64,000 nt of DNA from Tubulanus polymorphus (Eukaryota; Animalia; Nemertea), in contig NC_134034.1 of assembly GCF_964204645.1 (NCBI RefSeq), positions 7,576,962-7,640,961 on the forward strand, written 5' to 3'. Positions within the stretch are counted from its first letter, which is position 1. Every line of letters begins with the position of its first letter. Both the position numbers and the translations under genes were made by a program. The notes under the pieces are model-generated. The model was given only the letters and a program-made list of their open reading frames with translations. It was not told the origin of the DNA and ran no database searches. Below, one piece after another: positions 37,801 to 50,343 of the stretch.

Positions 37801-39939
37801 GCGTTTGCAGATAAAAAAGTAAGAGACCATGATCATTTGAACGGAAAGTACTTACAAGCTAAGAAAATTAATTTTGTACCAGTTATATTTCATAATCTAT
37901 CAGGATATGATGCACATTTATTTATCAAACAGTTATGTCATAAAATAGAAGAAATCAATAATGAAATAGACATATTAAATTCAAATAGATCAAAAGATAA
38001 AATACCAACTTATAAATTTAGAATGTTAGCTAAAACATCTGAGAATTATATATCATTCCAATTTGGTTGCCTAAGATTTATAGATTCATATAGATTTTTA
38101 AATAGTTCATTAGATAACTTATCAAAATCATTAGTTGATGATGAATTAAAAATATTAAAGCAACACTACCCAAATATTGATGATTTTCAATTAATGAGAT
38201 ATAAAGGCGCAATTCCATATTCATTTTATAAATCACATAATGATTTTAACATAACTGAATTATTAAAAGAACAATTCTATGATGAATTAAAAAATGAATA
38301 TGTTAAAGATGAAGTATATAATAGAACATTGAATATTTGGAATCATTTTAGAATGAAAAATCATGGGCAATTAGTAGATTTATATCTAAAATCAGATGTA
38401 TTATTATTAACCGATATATTCGAAAGGTTTAGAGATGTAAACCTAAAATATTTCAATATTGATCCTTGTCATTGTTATTCATCACCAGGTTTAACATGGG
38501 ATTGTGGATTAAAATTTACAGATATAAAAATGGATTTGTTAACAAATATAGATCAATTATTATTATTTGAAAAATCTATAAGAGGAGGTGTTTCAGGTGT
38601 ATTAGGTGATAGATATTTCAATGTAAATGATAACCCCGGATATAAGTTATTATACATAGATGCAAATAATTTGTATGGTTGGGCAATGATGGAACCACAA
38701 CCTTATGGAGTATTTGAAATTACTGAAGTTTTACAGTATGAAAATAATGATAAATTTGATTGGAAGAAAAGAATTCTAGATATTGCAGATGATTCAGAGA
38801 CTGGTTACTTTTTTGTTGTAGATTTAGAATATCCTGAACATATTAAATCTAAATCTAGAAATCTAGCATACTGTCCAGAACATAAAACTGTAACTCATGA
38901 AGAATTATCAAATTATCAAAAAAGAATTAAACCCGAAAATCATATTCATACAGAAAAGTTAATGGTAACTCAAGAAGATAAATATAATTATGTAGTACAT
39001 TATAGAATGTTAAAGTTTTATCTAAAACAAGGAATGATCCTAAAAGAAGTACATAGTTATATTTCATTCAGTCAATCTAAGTGGTTAGAAAAATATATAG
39101 ATTTTAACACCAAACAGAGAACTGAAGCTAAAACTGATTTCGAGAAAGATTTCTTCAAGTTAATGAATAATGCATTCTATGGTAAGACTTGTGAAAATAT
39201 TAGAAATAGAAATGATATTGAGTTAGTTAGTAATGGTAAAAGGATAAGGCATTTACAATCATATCCTAAGTTTTTAGGTAACAGAATATTTGATGAAAAT
39301 TTAGCTGCAGTTAAAATGAGAAGAAAATCTATGAAATTTAATAAACCAATTTATGTTGGTGCTTCAGTTTTAGAATTATCAAAATTACTAATGTATGAAT
39401 TCTATTATAATGTATTACAACCACTTTTTGGAGAAAAACATATAGAAATCTTATATTTTGATACTGACAGTTACATATTAAAGATAAAAACTAATAACAT
39501 AACTGATGATTTAAAAACATTAAAACATCAGTTTGATTTTAGTAACTATCCTAAAGATCATGAATTGTTTAGCAATGATAATAAAAAAGTTCCAGGGAAG
39601 TTTAAGGATGAATTAGGTGGTGAAGAAATGATTGAATTCATTGGTATTAGATCTAAAATGTATTCATATAAAACTAAAGAACATGAAGCTAAAAAGTTAA
39701 AAGGAATAACCAAAAGTGTAGTAGAAAAGAATATTCATTTCAAAGATTACATCAATTGTATATTCAATGAAGAAGTTAGAAAACATAAGATGAAATGTTT
39801 AAGATCTGAAGATCATGAAATGTTTATTGAAGAAATTGAAAAGATTAGTCTAAACCCATTTGATGATAAAAGATATATTTTAGATGATGGAATTCATACA
39901 GTTGCTTATGGTAATTTAGATGAATACTTAAAATTTTAA
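34839..39939 (+). pseudogene. pPolB (C2H2 fingers, OTU-like DDKCFLW..HY region, exonuclease, EndoVII-like insert, polymerase), interrupted by an insertion at ~35170-36351
   Basis: Open from 36352 to 39939 with YGDFES, FHNLSGYDAH, YIDANNLYG, NNAFYGKT and YFDTDS; N-terminus matches the copy A start. Confidence 0.95.
35191..36351. mobile_element. Unclassified ~1.16-kb insertion in PolB
   Basis: Flanks contiguous in copy A; short inverted ends tgacgcct/aggcgtca; contains a LINE-tail-like aataaagaattgaattgaattg; no clear TSD. Confidence 0.65.
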
Positions 39940-40019
39940 AGAGAAGAAACAAAAGAGAACGAGATAATGAAAAGAATTCTAACGTGTTAATCAAATTTTA
40001 ATAAAAATATGTATTATAA

Positions 40020-40437
40020 ATGGAGAGTAAACAAGCGCGCAGTGAGAACAACAAATCATTTCTAGATAGAATAAAAGATACTTCAAATGTCAAATCAGTA
40101 GATTATAAATTTAAGAAGTTAAAAGAATTAATAATTCATAAGAAATGTCTAATTACAAATATTGATACAGTTACTAACAAATATGGAGATAAATTAGTTA
40201 TACACTTAGAATATGAAGGATTAAAAGGAAATACATATAAATTCAGAACATATTTACAGGAAATTAAAAGAAATTAAATTAGGATTAAAAGGAAATACAT
40301 ATAAATTCAGAACATATTTACCGAATAGATTTCATAGATTATCAAGTGAAGATCTAGAAGAATTATGTTCTGGAGATTTCTATTTCGTATGCAAAGGTAA
40401 GAATGAAAAAGGTCACCATGAAATAGATTTCGAATAA
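40020..40437 (+). pseudogene. Small conserved protein disrupted by a ~40-bp duplication
   Basis: Homolog of 2256; aggattaaaaggaaatacatataaattcagaacatattta repeated. Confidence 0.75.
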
Positions 40438-40451
40438 AATATGTAAAATAA

Positions 40452-41204
40452 ATGGTAGAACTAAAAGAATACAGAATATTTGTTGATTCAAGAAAACTTA
40501 CAAATTATAAATCTCATAATTTACTTATACAATTGGATAGAGAATTCAAGAATTGTGTTGATTTAAAATTAGTTAATATAAGTTTATGTAATTCTTTTCA
40601 TAATATATCGAATAAAAGTCTTGATCATTTAGCTTTTAAAATTTATGTAAGAAATTTGAATAAATAGTTTCATCTTTATCTAAAACCAGGATTATATAAT
40701 TTAGAAACATTAGCGCAAGAAATTAATGAAAGAGCTCGTTTAAAAATGGGCTCAGATCTCGATTTGAAATTAAATTTATCAAAAATGATAGTTCGAATAA
40801 AATAAGAATAAAGTTAACTAATGAACAACATAGATTTTTAGTAAGAAAACCTTTAGCTAAACTGTTTGGAATTCTTCCGGATAGAAATTATTCAAGTATC
40901 GAAACTTATACAAATATAATGACTTTTACACACTTTTATATTTATTGCAATTTAATTAATCCTACAAAAACATTTGAAGCAACTAAAGATACAATTTGTA
41001 ATTCTAGTATATTAAATATTTTACCATTAAAAATGTTAAACAATTTGGAACTCAAATAAATTATAATTTAGCTGAATGTGATTTTAAACCTTGTATTCCT
41101 CAATTTGATAATTTTAAATTAGAAATAAGAAATCACAATGGTTATTTAATTGATTTGAATAACTTTCCTGTAATTTATGAATTAGTTATAAGATGTAGAG
41201 GGTA
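40452..41204 (+). pseudogene. Minor capsid (penton-like single jelly-roll) protein, disrupted
   Basis: VDSR...NSFHNI, PGLYN, FYIYCNLI, EIRNHNGYLIDLNN pattern typical of PLV minor capsids. Confidence 0.65.
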
Positions 41205-41220
41205 ATTTTTCACTATATAA

Positions 41221-41568
41221 ATGAATATAACTGTAGGACCGAGTATATGTTTTGGGTTTGATTTTATACGTGAGAAAGAAATGAAATTTAACATTACTGA
41301 TGTAATTACACATATTAAAAATATTGCATTTTCCAATGAAACAACATTAGAGTATGAAAAAACAATAGATAAAGAAACTTTAAATGTAGAAAAGATTACT
41401 AATTTAATTAGAGAATCTTTAAGATTTTATGAATTAGATGAAGATTTTATCATCGATGATATTAAAAAAATAATAATTGAAATATATACAAATGAAACTA
41501 GTAATGAAATAAATGTTGATTTAATCATAAATAAGTTAACTAAATATTTTGATGTAGTAATTTTTTGA
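41221..41568 (+). CDS. Hypothetical protein
   Basis: 115-aa ORF with TAAATG start in the gene array. Confidence 0.55.
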   Translation: MNITVGPSICFGFDFIREKEMKFNITDVITHIKNIAFSNETTLEYEKTIDKETLNVEKITNLIRESLRFYELDEDFIIDDIKKIIIEIYTNETSNEINVDLIINKLTKYFDVVIF

Positions 41569-41576
41569 TAAATAAA

Positions 41577-41794
41577 TGAGTGATAATAAGTGGATAATAA
41601 CTGGATTATATAATGGAGCATTACTATCAGTTGGAACTGTTGGTTATTCAATGGTATTAAAAAAGTATTCAAAATGGAAAGTGTTAATGTTGATAGATTT
41701 GATATAAATGATATTTTAAAATTAACATTAGCAGTTACTTTATCTAATTTAACTATTGATTATTTGGAAAAACAAAAATATATTCCTCCCATAT
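41577..41794 (+). pseudogene. Small hydrophobic protein, -1 frameshift in an A-run
   Basis: TAAATG start; two hydrophobic segments once the frame is repaired. Confidence 0.5.
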
Positions 41795-41820
41795 AAATAC
41801 ATAATTATTTTACTAAATAA

Positions 41821-42243
41821 ATGGCTTCTGCAGTTATAACTATTATAGGATCAGCAATTGTTAATGCTTTAGCATTTACTGGTGGCGGTTATTTATTTAA
41901 GCATATTGATAAAAATAGTTCATTAGGAGAACGAAAAAGATATAACTTAGCATTAGAAAAATACAATAAAGCAGCAGAAGAATATAGAGAAAAGAAGCAA
42001 AACTATATGGATTATATTAACAAGGAATTATATGATCAGAAGATTTCACATAGAGATTTTCAATCAGTTGATGATGCAATGTGTTTATATAACGCGGTAA
42101 CCAATAAAGAAAAATCACATCTACATAAACCTAATTTATCAGATTGTTATACCCCAAGTAAAGAACAACAGAAATATGAAATAATTTGGATTTTAGGTGG
42201 AACAGTTATTGTTATATTTGTTGCTTATAAGTTTACTAATTAG
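41821..42243 (+). CDS. Conserved membrane/coiled-coil protein
   Basis: Hydrophobic N- and C-termini; homolog in copy B. Confidence 0.7.
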   Translation: MASAVITIIGSAIVNALAFTGGGYLFKHIDKNSSLGERKRYNLALEKYNKAAEEYREKKQNYMDYINKELYDQKISHRDFQSVDDAMCLYNAVTNKEKSHLHKPNLSDCYTPSKEQQKYEIIWILGGTVIVIFVAYKFTN

Positions 42244-42263
42244 TAATTTTTTTTGCTAAATAA

Positions 42264-42689
42264 GTGGATGATAATATTGATATTATTCCTCATGATATAA
42301 ATAAAACTAAATTAAAAATATATTTAGAAAAACAAATATTAGAATTTGAAAGTGACTTAAAGATAAAGAAGAAAAAATATTTAAAAAGTAAAATTATATA
42401 TTATCTTATTATCAGTGGTTCGGTTACAATTAGTTCTGTAATAACATTTCTAGCAATATTCTCACCATTAACACCTTTAGCTATATCAATTGGTATATTA
42501 GGATTAAGTTCAAGTGTTTTAACTGGTATAAGTTCAAAATTAAATATAAAAAGTAATAAAGAAAAAATTAAAACTAATATAAAAGAAATTAATAAATTAA
42601 AGAATACACTAGATTATATAATAAGTTTAAATGGCCATATAACAGTTGAAGAACAAGATAAATTATTAAAAGAATTAGTTAATTATTAA
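42264..42689 (+). CDS. Two-TM protein
   Basis: Paired hydrophobic helices; homolog in copy B starts with ATG. Confidence 0.65.
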   Translation: MDDNIDIIPHDINKTKLKIYLEKQILEFESDLKIKKKKYLKSKIIYYLIISGSVTISSVITFLAIFSPLTPLAISIGILGLSSSVLTGISSKLNIKSNKEKIKTNIKEINKLKNTLDYIISLNGHITVEEQDKLLKELVNY

Positions 42690-42705
42690 TTTTTCAATTA
42701 TATAA

Positions 42706-44004
42706 ATGGCAGATAGTTTTCCAAAAGCTTTCCAATATAATAAATCAATTAAATATAATATTCCAGCAATAGATTTTAATTAAGATATTACATATAGAAA
42801 TGAAGTTTTAGATTCATTAATTGATTTACATATTTATGTTACTGAAAGTAATAATTTTCATGTAAAGATGGAAAATATATTTCATGTGTATACAATTAAT
42901 TTCAAAAATTTAAATGAGGCAAAACAATGGTTATTAAAATCTAATATGAAGTATTGGCAGAACCAATTAAATTTTGCTGTTTATTGCAGAACAACAGGAT
43001 GTGGAATTAGTTGGAATGATCATTTAAACAAACCAAGTTTACCATTGATGTTATCACTTTTTAGATTTCATACATATTTTCAAATAAAATTAATATTAGA
43101 TGAATTAGAATGTCCTTTACCAGGTTCAAAATATTTTAAAGAATTGAATAATAATAATAATTTTTCTAAGTTTTATAAAATATGTAATGAATTTAATATT
43201 AATTCAAATAAAGATTTTAGATCAAAAATTGGAACGATGGGTGGATTAGGAATATTATGTACTAAAGAATTTGGAAAAGTAATGACAAATTCAGATATAA
43301 GAACACTAAATTGGAATGAATTACCAAAATATTATAATAATATACAACAAAAAAACAATAATGGTTGGGTTTATTTCATTTTAGAAAATAGTGAAGGTTT
43401 TACAAAATCAGATATACAAAGAATAAATCAATCTATTAGAACTTATTTGATATGTATTTTAGGTGCGCAAGTTGAAACAAGATCCCCAATAATTGGAAAT
43501 GCGCAGAAACAATTCAAAGTATTATTTGAAGATTCCATTCATAATGATAAAAATAGATCGATTCCAGAAAACATTGTAAGATATCAAAATTATTTAGATA
43601 AATTACATATTAGATTAAATTATTGTATAGGCCCTAATCTATTAATTATTTCTAATGAAGTATAAAAGATGGGAAATATAATTGGTTATAATAATCTAAT
43701 TAAAACTGCAACAATAAATAATTCATTTGGATTAAATGATATAAATAAAAAGATTATTATTGCTCCAAAATTAATGGAAGGTGAAAAAAATAAAAAATAT
43801 ATTCAATCAACAGAAACTAAAACTAAGAATATTAAATTGGATAATGATTCTAAAATAAAAGATTACAATACATCAGAAAATATTAAAACTGATAATGTTC
43901 AACATGAAATAATTAAACTAAATGATGATAATAAATCCCATGAAAATACTAAATTAGCTATAACTTGTATAGGAATTGCAATCGGAGGAATATTATATCT
44001 TTAA
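42706..44004 (+). pseudogene. Conserved Polinton protein (YWQNQLNFAVYC family), internal stops
   Basis: Homolog in copy A. Confidence 0.7.
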
Positions 44005-44026
44005 TTTTAATTTTTTTATTATGTAA

Positions 44027-45474
44027 ATGGCAGAAGGTGGAGAAGATATTGGAATTGATACTTTAGATGAACCTGGTATAAGTGATGAACAACCACCTGA
44101 TTTTGATGAAACAAGTTTTAGTAATGATAATAAAACAGAATATAATACTAATTTACCAGAAGTTGTTCCTGGTTATAAAGCCCCGTCAACAGATGAATAT
44201 ATTAGAGGAGCTAAATCGAGGATATATTGAAAATGAAGATCCAGAAAAAACAAAAAAAGAATTAAAATATAATGAAATTACTCATGAATTTAAACCGATG
44301 TTAAAAATCTGGTTTCAATGTAACAAATAAAGCTATGGAATATTTAGTCGAAGGTTTAAAATATTCAAATGGTGATTATTATTGGCATTTGAAAGATGAC
44401 TATTATTTTAAGATTTCTTCTAATAAAAGTCTCGATAAAATAATAACAAAATCAACTTTAATTAAATTAGAACAATCTAGAATTAAGAAAATCATTAATG
44501 ATGTTATAACTGATGTTACAGAACGAGAGATAAAACTAAATAGAAAAGATTTTAATAAAGAAAATGTTAAATTTTTGAAAATAATTAATGAAAATTTAAG
44601 ACCAAAACAAATTCCTAAAGAAGCTGATAATTCCAAAACTAGTAAAGTTAAATCAACCGAAGTTCAAACTGAAAAACTTTTACAAAATGGGTTACTTGAT
44701 GCAACAGATCAAGAATTAGAAGATTTAAATATATTTTCTGATGAAGCAATTAGAGAAATTATTAGTATAAGAAATGAAGCTGATAAAATTGCACATAATA
44801 AAAGTATAAGAGATATTAAAATTAGTACTTTAGAAAAAGAATTAACTGATAAAAATAAAGAGATAGAACAACTAAAGTATGATTTAGACCATCAAGCAAT
44901 TGGTGAAATGGAATATAGGCAAAAAGAATTACGTTTAGAAAAAGAAATTGATAATTTAAAAGATAATTTAGAAGTACTGAAAGGTGAAAGAGATACATTA
45001 TTAAAAGAATATGGTAATAATTTTAAAAGATTAAAAGATGTTTTTAAAGATTTGTTGATAAAACCAGATTCTAAAATATCATTGAAAGATAGAATAAAAT
45101 TATTATTTAAATTAGAAGGAATAACAATTCTTTCAATTCTAACATCTGTAACTATGTTATTTACAACAATTGGTTTAGCTTTGTCAAATGCTTTAAAATC
45201 TACTCCTACTCCCAATAAACCAGATAAACCTCCAGATAATAATTCTATACAAGATAAAGTTAAGGATGGTTTAAAGAAATTAGCAAAATATTTATGGGAA
45301 CTATCTAAAAAATCTGCTGCAGCATTACCAGGAATTATTGCATCGATTGTTGGTTTTATATTGAAATCTGCAGGAAACATTATTAACTTTGCTGCTGAAC
45401 ATATTATTTTATTTTTAATTACAGTTGTAAGTGCTATTATTTTTGGATTAGTAAACATGATAAAAAATAAATAA
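44027..45474 (+). pseudogene. Coiled-coil protein with C-terminal membrane helices, N-terminus frameshifted
   Basis: ORF 44335-45474 plus upstream fragments; sits before the MCP. Confidence 0.65.
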
Positions 45475-45494
45475 TTAATTTTTTTGTTAAATAA

Positions 45495-46742
45495 ATGAGT
45501 GGGAGTTATATCAATCCTTCTAAGAATCATAGAATATCTAATGCTATTAAAGCAGAAAGATCACATCATATAATTACTCATTACCCTTCTAATATTAATC
45601 CTGATGAAACTTTATATGTTAGAATTCCGAGATTAACACAAAATACTTTTTTTGTTCCAAATAGTATTTATTTATCAGCCGATATAAAAGTAACCGGTAA
45701 TAATAATAATTATGTTGTTGATAATGTTGGAAGATATTTGATTAAAAAATTAACAATAAAGATTGGTCCGGAAACAGTTTTCTCATTAGATGATTATAAT
45801 TTATTTATGCATTATAAAGATTTATGGTTAACTAAAGAAAATAGAAATAATATGATATTTCAAGGCATCCAATCAGAAAACCAAAATAAATTAAGATCAG
45901 AAGCACATAATGCAATATTAACCAATGCTATAGATAAATTGATAAAAAGTATTTATGGAAGCAAATATAAAATTCCATTAGACTTTGAATTGATAAATAA
46001 TAATGCGCCTTTATATAAATACGCAATTCAAGAAGATGTTATATTTGAGATAACATTTGCTCCTGTTAATGAAATTGTAAAATCTAGCGTTAATAAAGAT
46101 ATGGGTTATAAATTATCAAATATATGTTTAGAATATGATACAGTAACTGATGAAAATATTTCAAGTATAATTCAAACTCAATACAATCAAGGATTTTCAT
46201 TATTATATGATTATATTGATAAATTTAAAACTGTAACTATTAATGCAAATGATGAAATAATTAATGAGAATATTAACTTCCCAAGAAGATCTATTAAAGG
46301 TATATTAATATTTTTTACCATTGCAACATATACTAATGGTGCAATAAATGTTGATAATTATTATAATCCTGAAATAACAAAAGTAGAAATAACTATCGAA
46401 GGAATAGCAAATAAAATATTTTGTCAAGGAATGAGAATGATTGATCAATGGCCAGAAATTAGAAAACATTTTATTTATGAAAAAGTGAAATCATCTGAAA
46501 ATTGTAATATTAATCAAATTGATTATTATACCGGTAATAAATATGCATTATGGTTAGATTTTAGAACAACAGAGGATAATTCATTACATGGTTCTGGAAA
46601 AAAACTACAGAACACTAAAGATGGAATACAATTATTCATGACAAAGAATAAAGGAATCAAAAATTTTAAAATGCACATTTATATTATATCTGACGCACAA
46701 TTAAATATTGTAAATCCTCAATTGAATAGTGTTATGTATTAA
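45495..46742 (+). CDS. Major capsid protein (double jelly-roll)
   Basis: Intact 415-aa beta-rich ORF, NVGRYLIKKLTIKIG motif, Polinton context. Confidence 0.78.
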   Translation: MSGSYINPSKNHRISNAIKAERSHHIITHYPSNINPDETLYVRIPRLTQNTFFVPNSIYLSADIKVTGNNNNYVVDNVGRYLIKKLTIKIGPETVFSLDDYNLFMHYKDLWLTKENRNNMIFQGIQSENQNKLRSEAHNAILTNAIDKLIKSIYGSKYKIPLDFELINNNAPLYKYAIQEDVIFEITFAPVNEIVKSSVNKDMGYKLSNICLEYDTVTDENISSIIQTQYNQGFSLLYDYIDKFKTVTINANDEIINENINFPRRSIKGILIFFTIATYTNGAINVDNYYNPEITKVEITIEGIANKIFCQGMRMIDQWPEIRKHFIYEKVKSSENCNINQIDYYTGNKYALWLDFRTTEDNSLHGSGKKLQNTKDGIQLFMTKNKGIKNFKMHIYIISDAQLNIVNPQLNSVMY

Positions 46743-46774
46743 AATTTTAACTTAAATAAAAATATATATAATAA

Positions 46775-47716
46775 ATGGAAGGTGGAATATATGAAATACA
46801 AACTCCAAGTGAAATGATATCAGGTATATATTATATATTACCTTATGATGAATACATTAAGTATTTTGGAGATTACTTTAATCAATTCAAATATAGAATA
46901 AGTAAAATAAAAGATAATATTGAAACTAAAATAGAAAATAATATTGAAACTAAAATAGAAGATAAGAATGATATTGAATATAAAATAGAAGATAATATTG
47001 AAACTAAAATAGAAGATAGTAATAATATTGAAACTAAAATAGAAGATGTAACAGCATCTAAATCTTATAATATACCCTCTACATATGATATTGAATCAAA
47101 AAAAGATTATTATAATCCAAAATATTGTGATGTATGTAAGAAATATATATCATATAAAAATTGGGCATCACATAAGAAATCAAAGAAACATATAGAAAAA
47201 GAAAAGAATAATAATGATAATAATATATCAGTGAGTAATATAAAAGATAATGTTAACCCAATTGAAACTAATGATACCATATATAATATAACAGATAATG
47301 TAATAAATAATGTTAACCCAATTGAAACTAATGATAATGATATAACAGATAATGAAATAATTGATGATTCTAAAAAACATTGTAACATTTGTAATTTAGA
47401 TATTTCTAAAAGTAATTTTTCTAATCATAAAAAATCTAAGGGGCACATAGAAAATGAAAAAGAATTAATATGTGATTATTGTAATAAAAAAATTGAACTT
47501 GTTGATAAAATTACTCATTATAAATCAAAATCACATCTAATTAATGTTTATAAAGATGTGGGTATGTTACCATTGTTAGATGAACCAAAGAAATATATCA
47601 AATATTTTAATCCTGATACTAAACAATATTATATATTCTTTAAGTTGTTATTTGATAAATTATTAGCTTATGCAGAAGATAATCCTGACCAAATATATAA
47701 ATTAGCGTATAAATGA
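46775..47716 (+). CDS. C2H2 zinc-finger protein with NIETKIED repeats
   Basis: Three CxxC...HxKSKxH motifs; tandem coding repeats. Confidence 0.75.
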   Translation: MEGGIYEIQTPSEMISGIYYILPYDEYIKYFGDYFNQFKYRISKIKDNIETKIENNIETKIEDKNDIEYKIEDNIETKIEDSNNIETKIEDVTASKSYNIPSTYDIESKKDYYNPKYCDVCKKYISYKNWASHKKSKKHIEKEKNNNDNNISVSNIKDNVNPIETNDTIYNITDNVINNVNPIETNDNDITDNEIIDDSKKHCNICNLDISKSNFSNHKKSKGHIENEKELICDYCNKKIELVDKITHYKSKSHLINVYKDVGMLPLLDEPKKYIKYFNPDTKQYYIFFKLLFDKLLAYAEDNPDQIYKLAYK

Positions 47717-48151
47717 TACCTAGATTTATTTGATTTAATAAATGATTTTGAATTTGATTTTGATGGTGATAATTCTTAGGATTACTTTGAAAAATTAAGA
47801 ATAAAAGCTGGATTAAGTGATGATGAACGTAGAATGAAGGGTGAAATAGAATTAATAAATATGCCAAAGACTTATGGAGAATTTGATATACACGAAGATG
47901 ATTTTATAAATGTATTAAAAACAAAATTAGAATAATTATTAGAAAACTATTTATCTATCTTTAAAGATATTTATATATCTATGCGCTAGACGTATGAGTA
48001 AGAAAGTAAGAATCCAAGAATCCTTGCCAAGAAATATAAATTATAAAAATAAATTATAAACATAAATTATAAATATAAACTATAAACATAAATTATAAAC
48101 ATAGTTTTAATATATAATTTATTCATTATTATATATTTCATTTAATAATTC

Positions 48152-48255
48152 ATATTTCTATGGACTAGACGTACGTAAGAATCCAAGATTCTTGCCAAGA
48201 AAGTAAAAAGGTAAGAATCCAAGAATTCTTACGTACGTCTAGTATATAGAAATAT
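48152..48255. terminator. Inverted repeat between convergent gene blocks
   Basis: Perfect 19-bp arms actagacgtacgtaagaat / attcttacgtacgtctagt. Confidence 0.45.
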
Positions 48256-48357
48256 AAATTAGTTTCTATAATATTCCAAATTAGGATTTTTTTTTATAAA
48301 TTTATATTCATAGGGAAATTGTAGTCTCAGTAATAATTTTGAACCTTTATTATTCTT

Positions 48358-48900
48358 TTATTTATTCATATATTCATCATGTAATTCAGTAGGTATAATT
48401 TGATTTTCTTCCAATGATTGTTGCATAGATTTTTTATCTTTGTTATAAAATAAAACAAGAAATCTTATATTCTCCCTAAAGTCTTTAACAATTGAATTAT
48501 ATTTTTGATTTAAAACCCATGTTGTTATCCCAAAATGTCTCCCAGAGAAAGCTAAATAACATAACTCACTTTCTCTCACTTTTGAATCATGTAAATTTGC
48601 GCAATCATCTATAATGAATAATGTATTTGATCCTTTATAAATATCAATTGCTATTTTAATACAATTATCTAAATTTTCTTTTACTGTTTTAGGATCTAAT
48701 ATAATAAACTTTTTTATCTTAACTATATCTCTGTTATATGTTTTATTCATTTCATAAGTAGGACAAAATAATATTATATTATCAAAATGATTCTTATAAA
48801 TAGTTTCTAACAAATCTAATATGAAATGTGTTTTACCACAGTTTGTTACCCCAGTAACTAACATATTATGCGGTTCAAATATAAATAAATCTTTAGTCAT
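48358..48900 (-). CDS. A32/FtsK-like packaging ATPase (premature stop near C-terminus)
   Basis: GVTNCGKT, LFIIDD, GRH, VLNQ motifs. Confidence 0.9.
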   Translation of the reverse strand: MTKDLFIFEPHNMLVTGVTNCGKTHFILDLLETIYKNHFDNIILFCPTYEMNKTYNRDIVKIKKFIILDPKTVKENLDNCIKIAIDIYKGSNTLFIIDDCANLHDSKVRESELCYLAFSGRHFGITTWVLNQKYNSIVKDFRENIRFLVLFYNKDKKSMQQSLEENQIIPTELHDEYMNK

Positions 48901-49970
48901 TTATTCTTGTAATTTTACTAGATAAAATCCATTCATTAAATTTATCATCATATCCTTTATATTTCACCAAAGAATACTTTTTCCTTTAAGAGTTTTTGTT
49001 TTCAATACTTTTTCTATGTTGTATTCTATTTCATCTGGATTTGGTACAAGTGATAATTCTTGTTCATAGAAATAACCTAATATTTCTTCATCTTTTAGAT
49101 CTTCTAATTTATAAACAAATGGTTTAGTTAATATTATCTTTTTAATCTTGAATATTTCTTCTGTAAAATTTGGGGTATAACCTTTATAAAATGTTTTTCG
49201 ATATTTAGATATTCTAACGTGTTGTCCAATTTTAAATTTAGGTTCTCCGAAATCATGTGTAACAAATGCTCCATATAAATTATTCCAAACAATTTCTGAA
49301 TTATCTTCTTTTCTAGCTTGTATAGGTTTCATATTTATAGAACTATGTTTAGAATTATTATAACTAAATCATCTAACACATCGATGTATTTATATGTTTC
49401 ATTAGCAGTAAAATATTTCCACATTCTAGTTTTCAATGTTTTATTAAATCTTTCTATAATAGATGCTTTTTTATCTGAGTGTGTTGAAAAATAATCTACA
49501 TCGTTATCAGATAATAGTTTTTTAAAATGTTTGTTATAAAATTCTTTACCTTCATCAAATTGTATCTTATCTGGAATAGCTTCTTTAAATATTGATTTAA
49601 AAGCATTTGTTACTTCTATAACAGTTTTATTTTTGATTGGAATTGACCATGCGTATCTACTGAATATGTCTATAACATTTAATATCCAGAAATATCCTTT
49701 GTTGTGTTCTTCTAAGTTCTTCATGTCAATTAAATCTGCTTGCCATTGTTGATCGATATATGAAACCATAACTTTTCTTATTAAATAAGTTTTATCCATT
49801 TTCTTGTGGATTTGATATGTTGGTTGATTTTGTAACCATGATTTCAATTCACTATATTTTATATTTTCATTATCAGATTTAATTTTATCCCATAATTCTG
49901 AAACGTTAGAATATGATACTTCACTTTCTGGGTTATAATATAACTCTCTTAAATATTGTTCTTTTTTCAT
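48893..49970 (-). pseudogene. rve integrase with chromodomain, frameshifted
   Basis: WQADL, IQFDEGKEF and IIERFNKT catalytic D-D-E. Confidence 0.92.
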
Positions 49971-50079
49971 CTTATTTTAATCCATTAATAATAATTTAGA
50001 TTTAGTTTCAATGACTTTATGATTTGACTTATTTTCTGGTATAATAGGTTTATTATCATCGGAATCATTATTGTTATAA

Positions 50080-50343
50080 TCAGATTTGAATTTTATATAT
50101 TACACCGGATAATATAATAACTGTTACTAATCCAATTGTAATATATAAGTAATTATTTCTTCCACTATTAGAAGAATCAGATGGATTATTATTTGAATCA
50201 ATATCAGATAAAGTCTGTGATTCATTTATATCAGTTAATTTCTTTTTCTTAGCTTTTTTTACTTCTGAAGATCTTTTACCTAATTCTCTTGCCCATTTAA
50301 TTTGTTTCTCGAATCTAGGCTTTTTCTTAACGCCATCACTCAT
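50080..50343 (-). CDS. Small basic protein with C-terminal TM
   Basis: Homologous remnant in copy A (~4440-4830). Confidence 0.6.
   Translation of the reverse strand: MSDGVKKKPRFEKQIKWARELGKRSSEVKKAKKKKLTDINESQTLSDIDSNNNPSDSSNSGRNNYLYITIGLVTVIILSGVIYKIQI

Noticed and set aside
44892-45530. 212-aa antisense ORF, and similar shadow ORFs over pol and env
   Set aside because: Opposite-strand shadows of real coding regions with no independent support.
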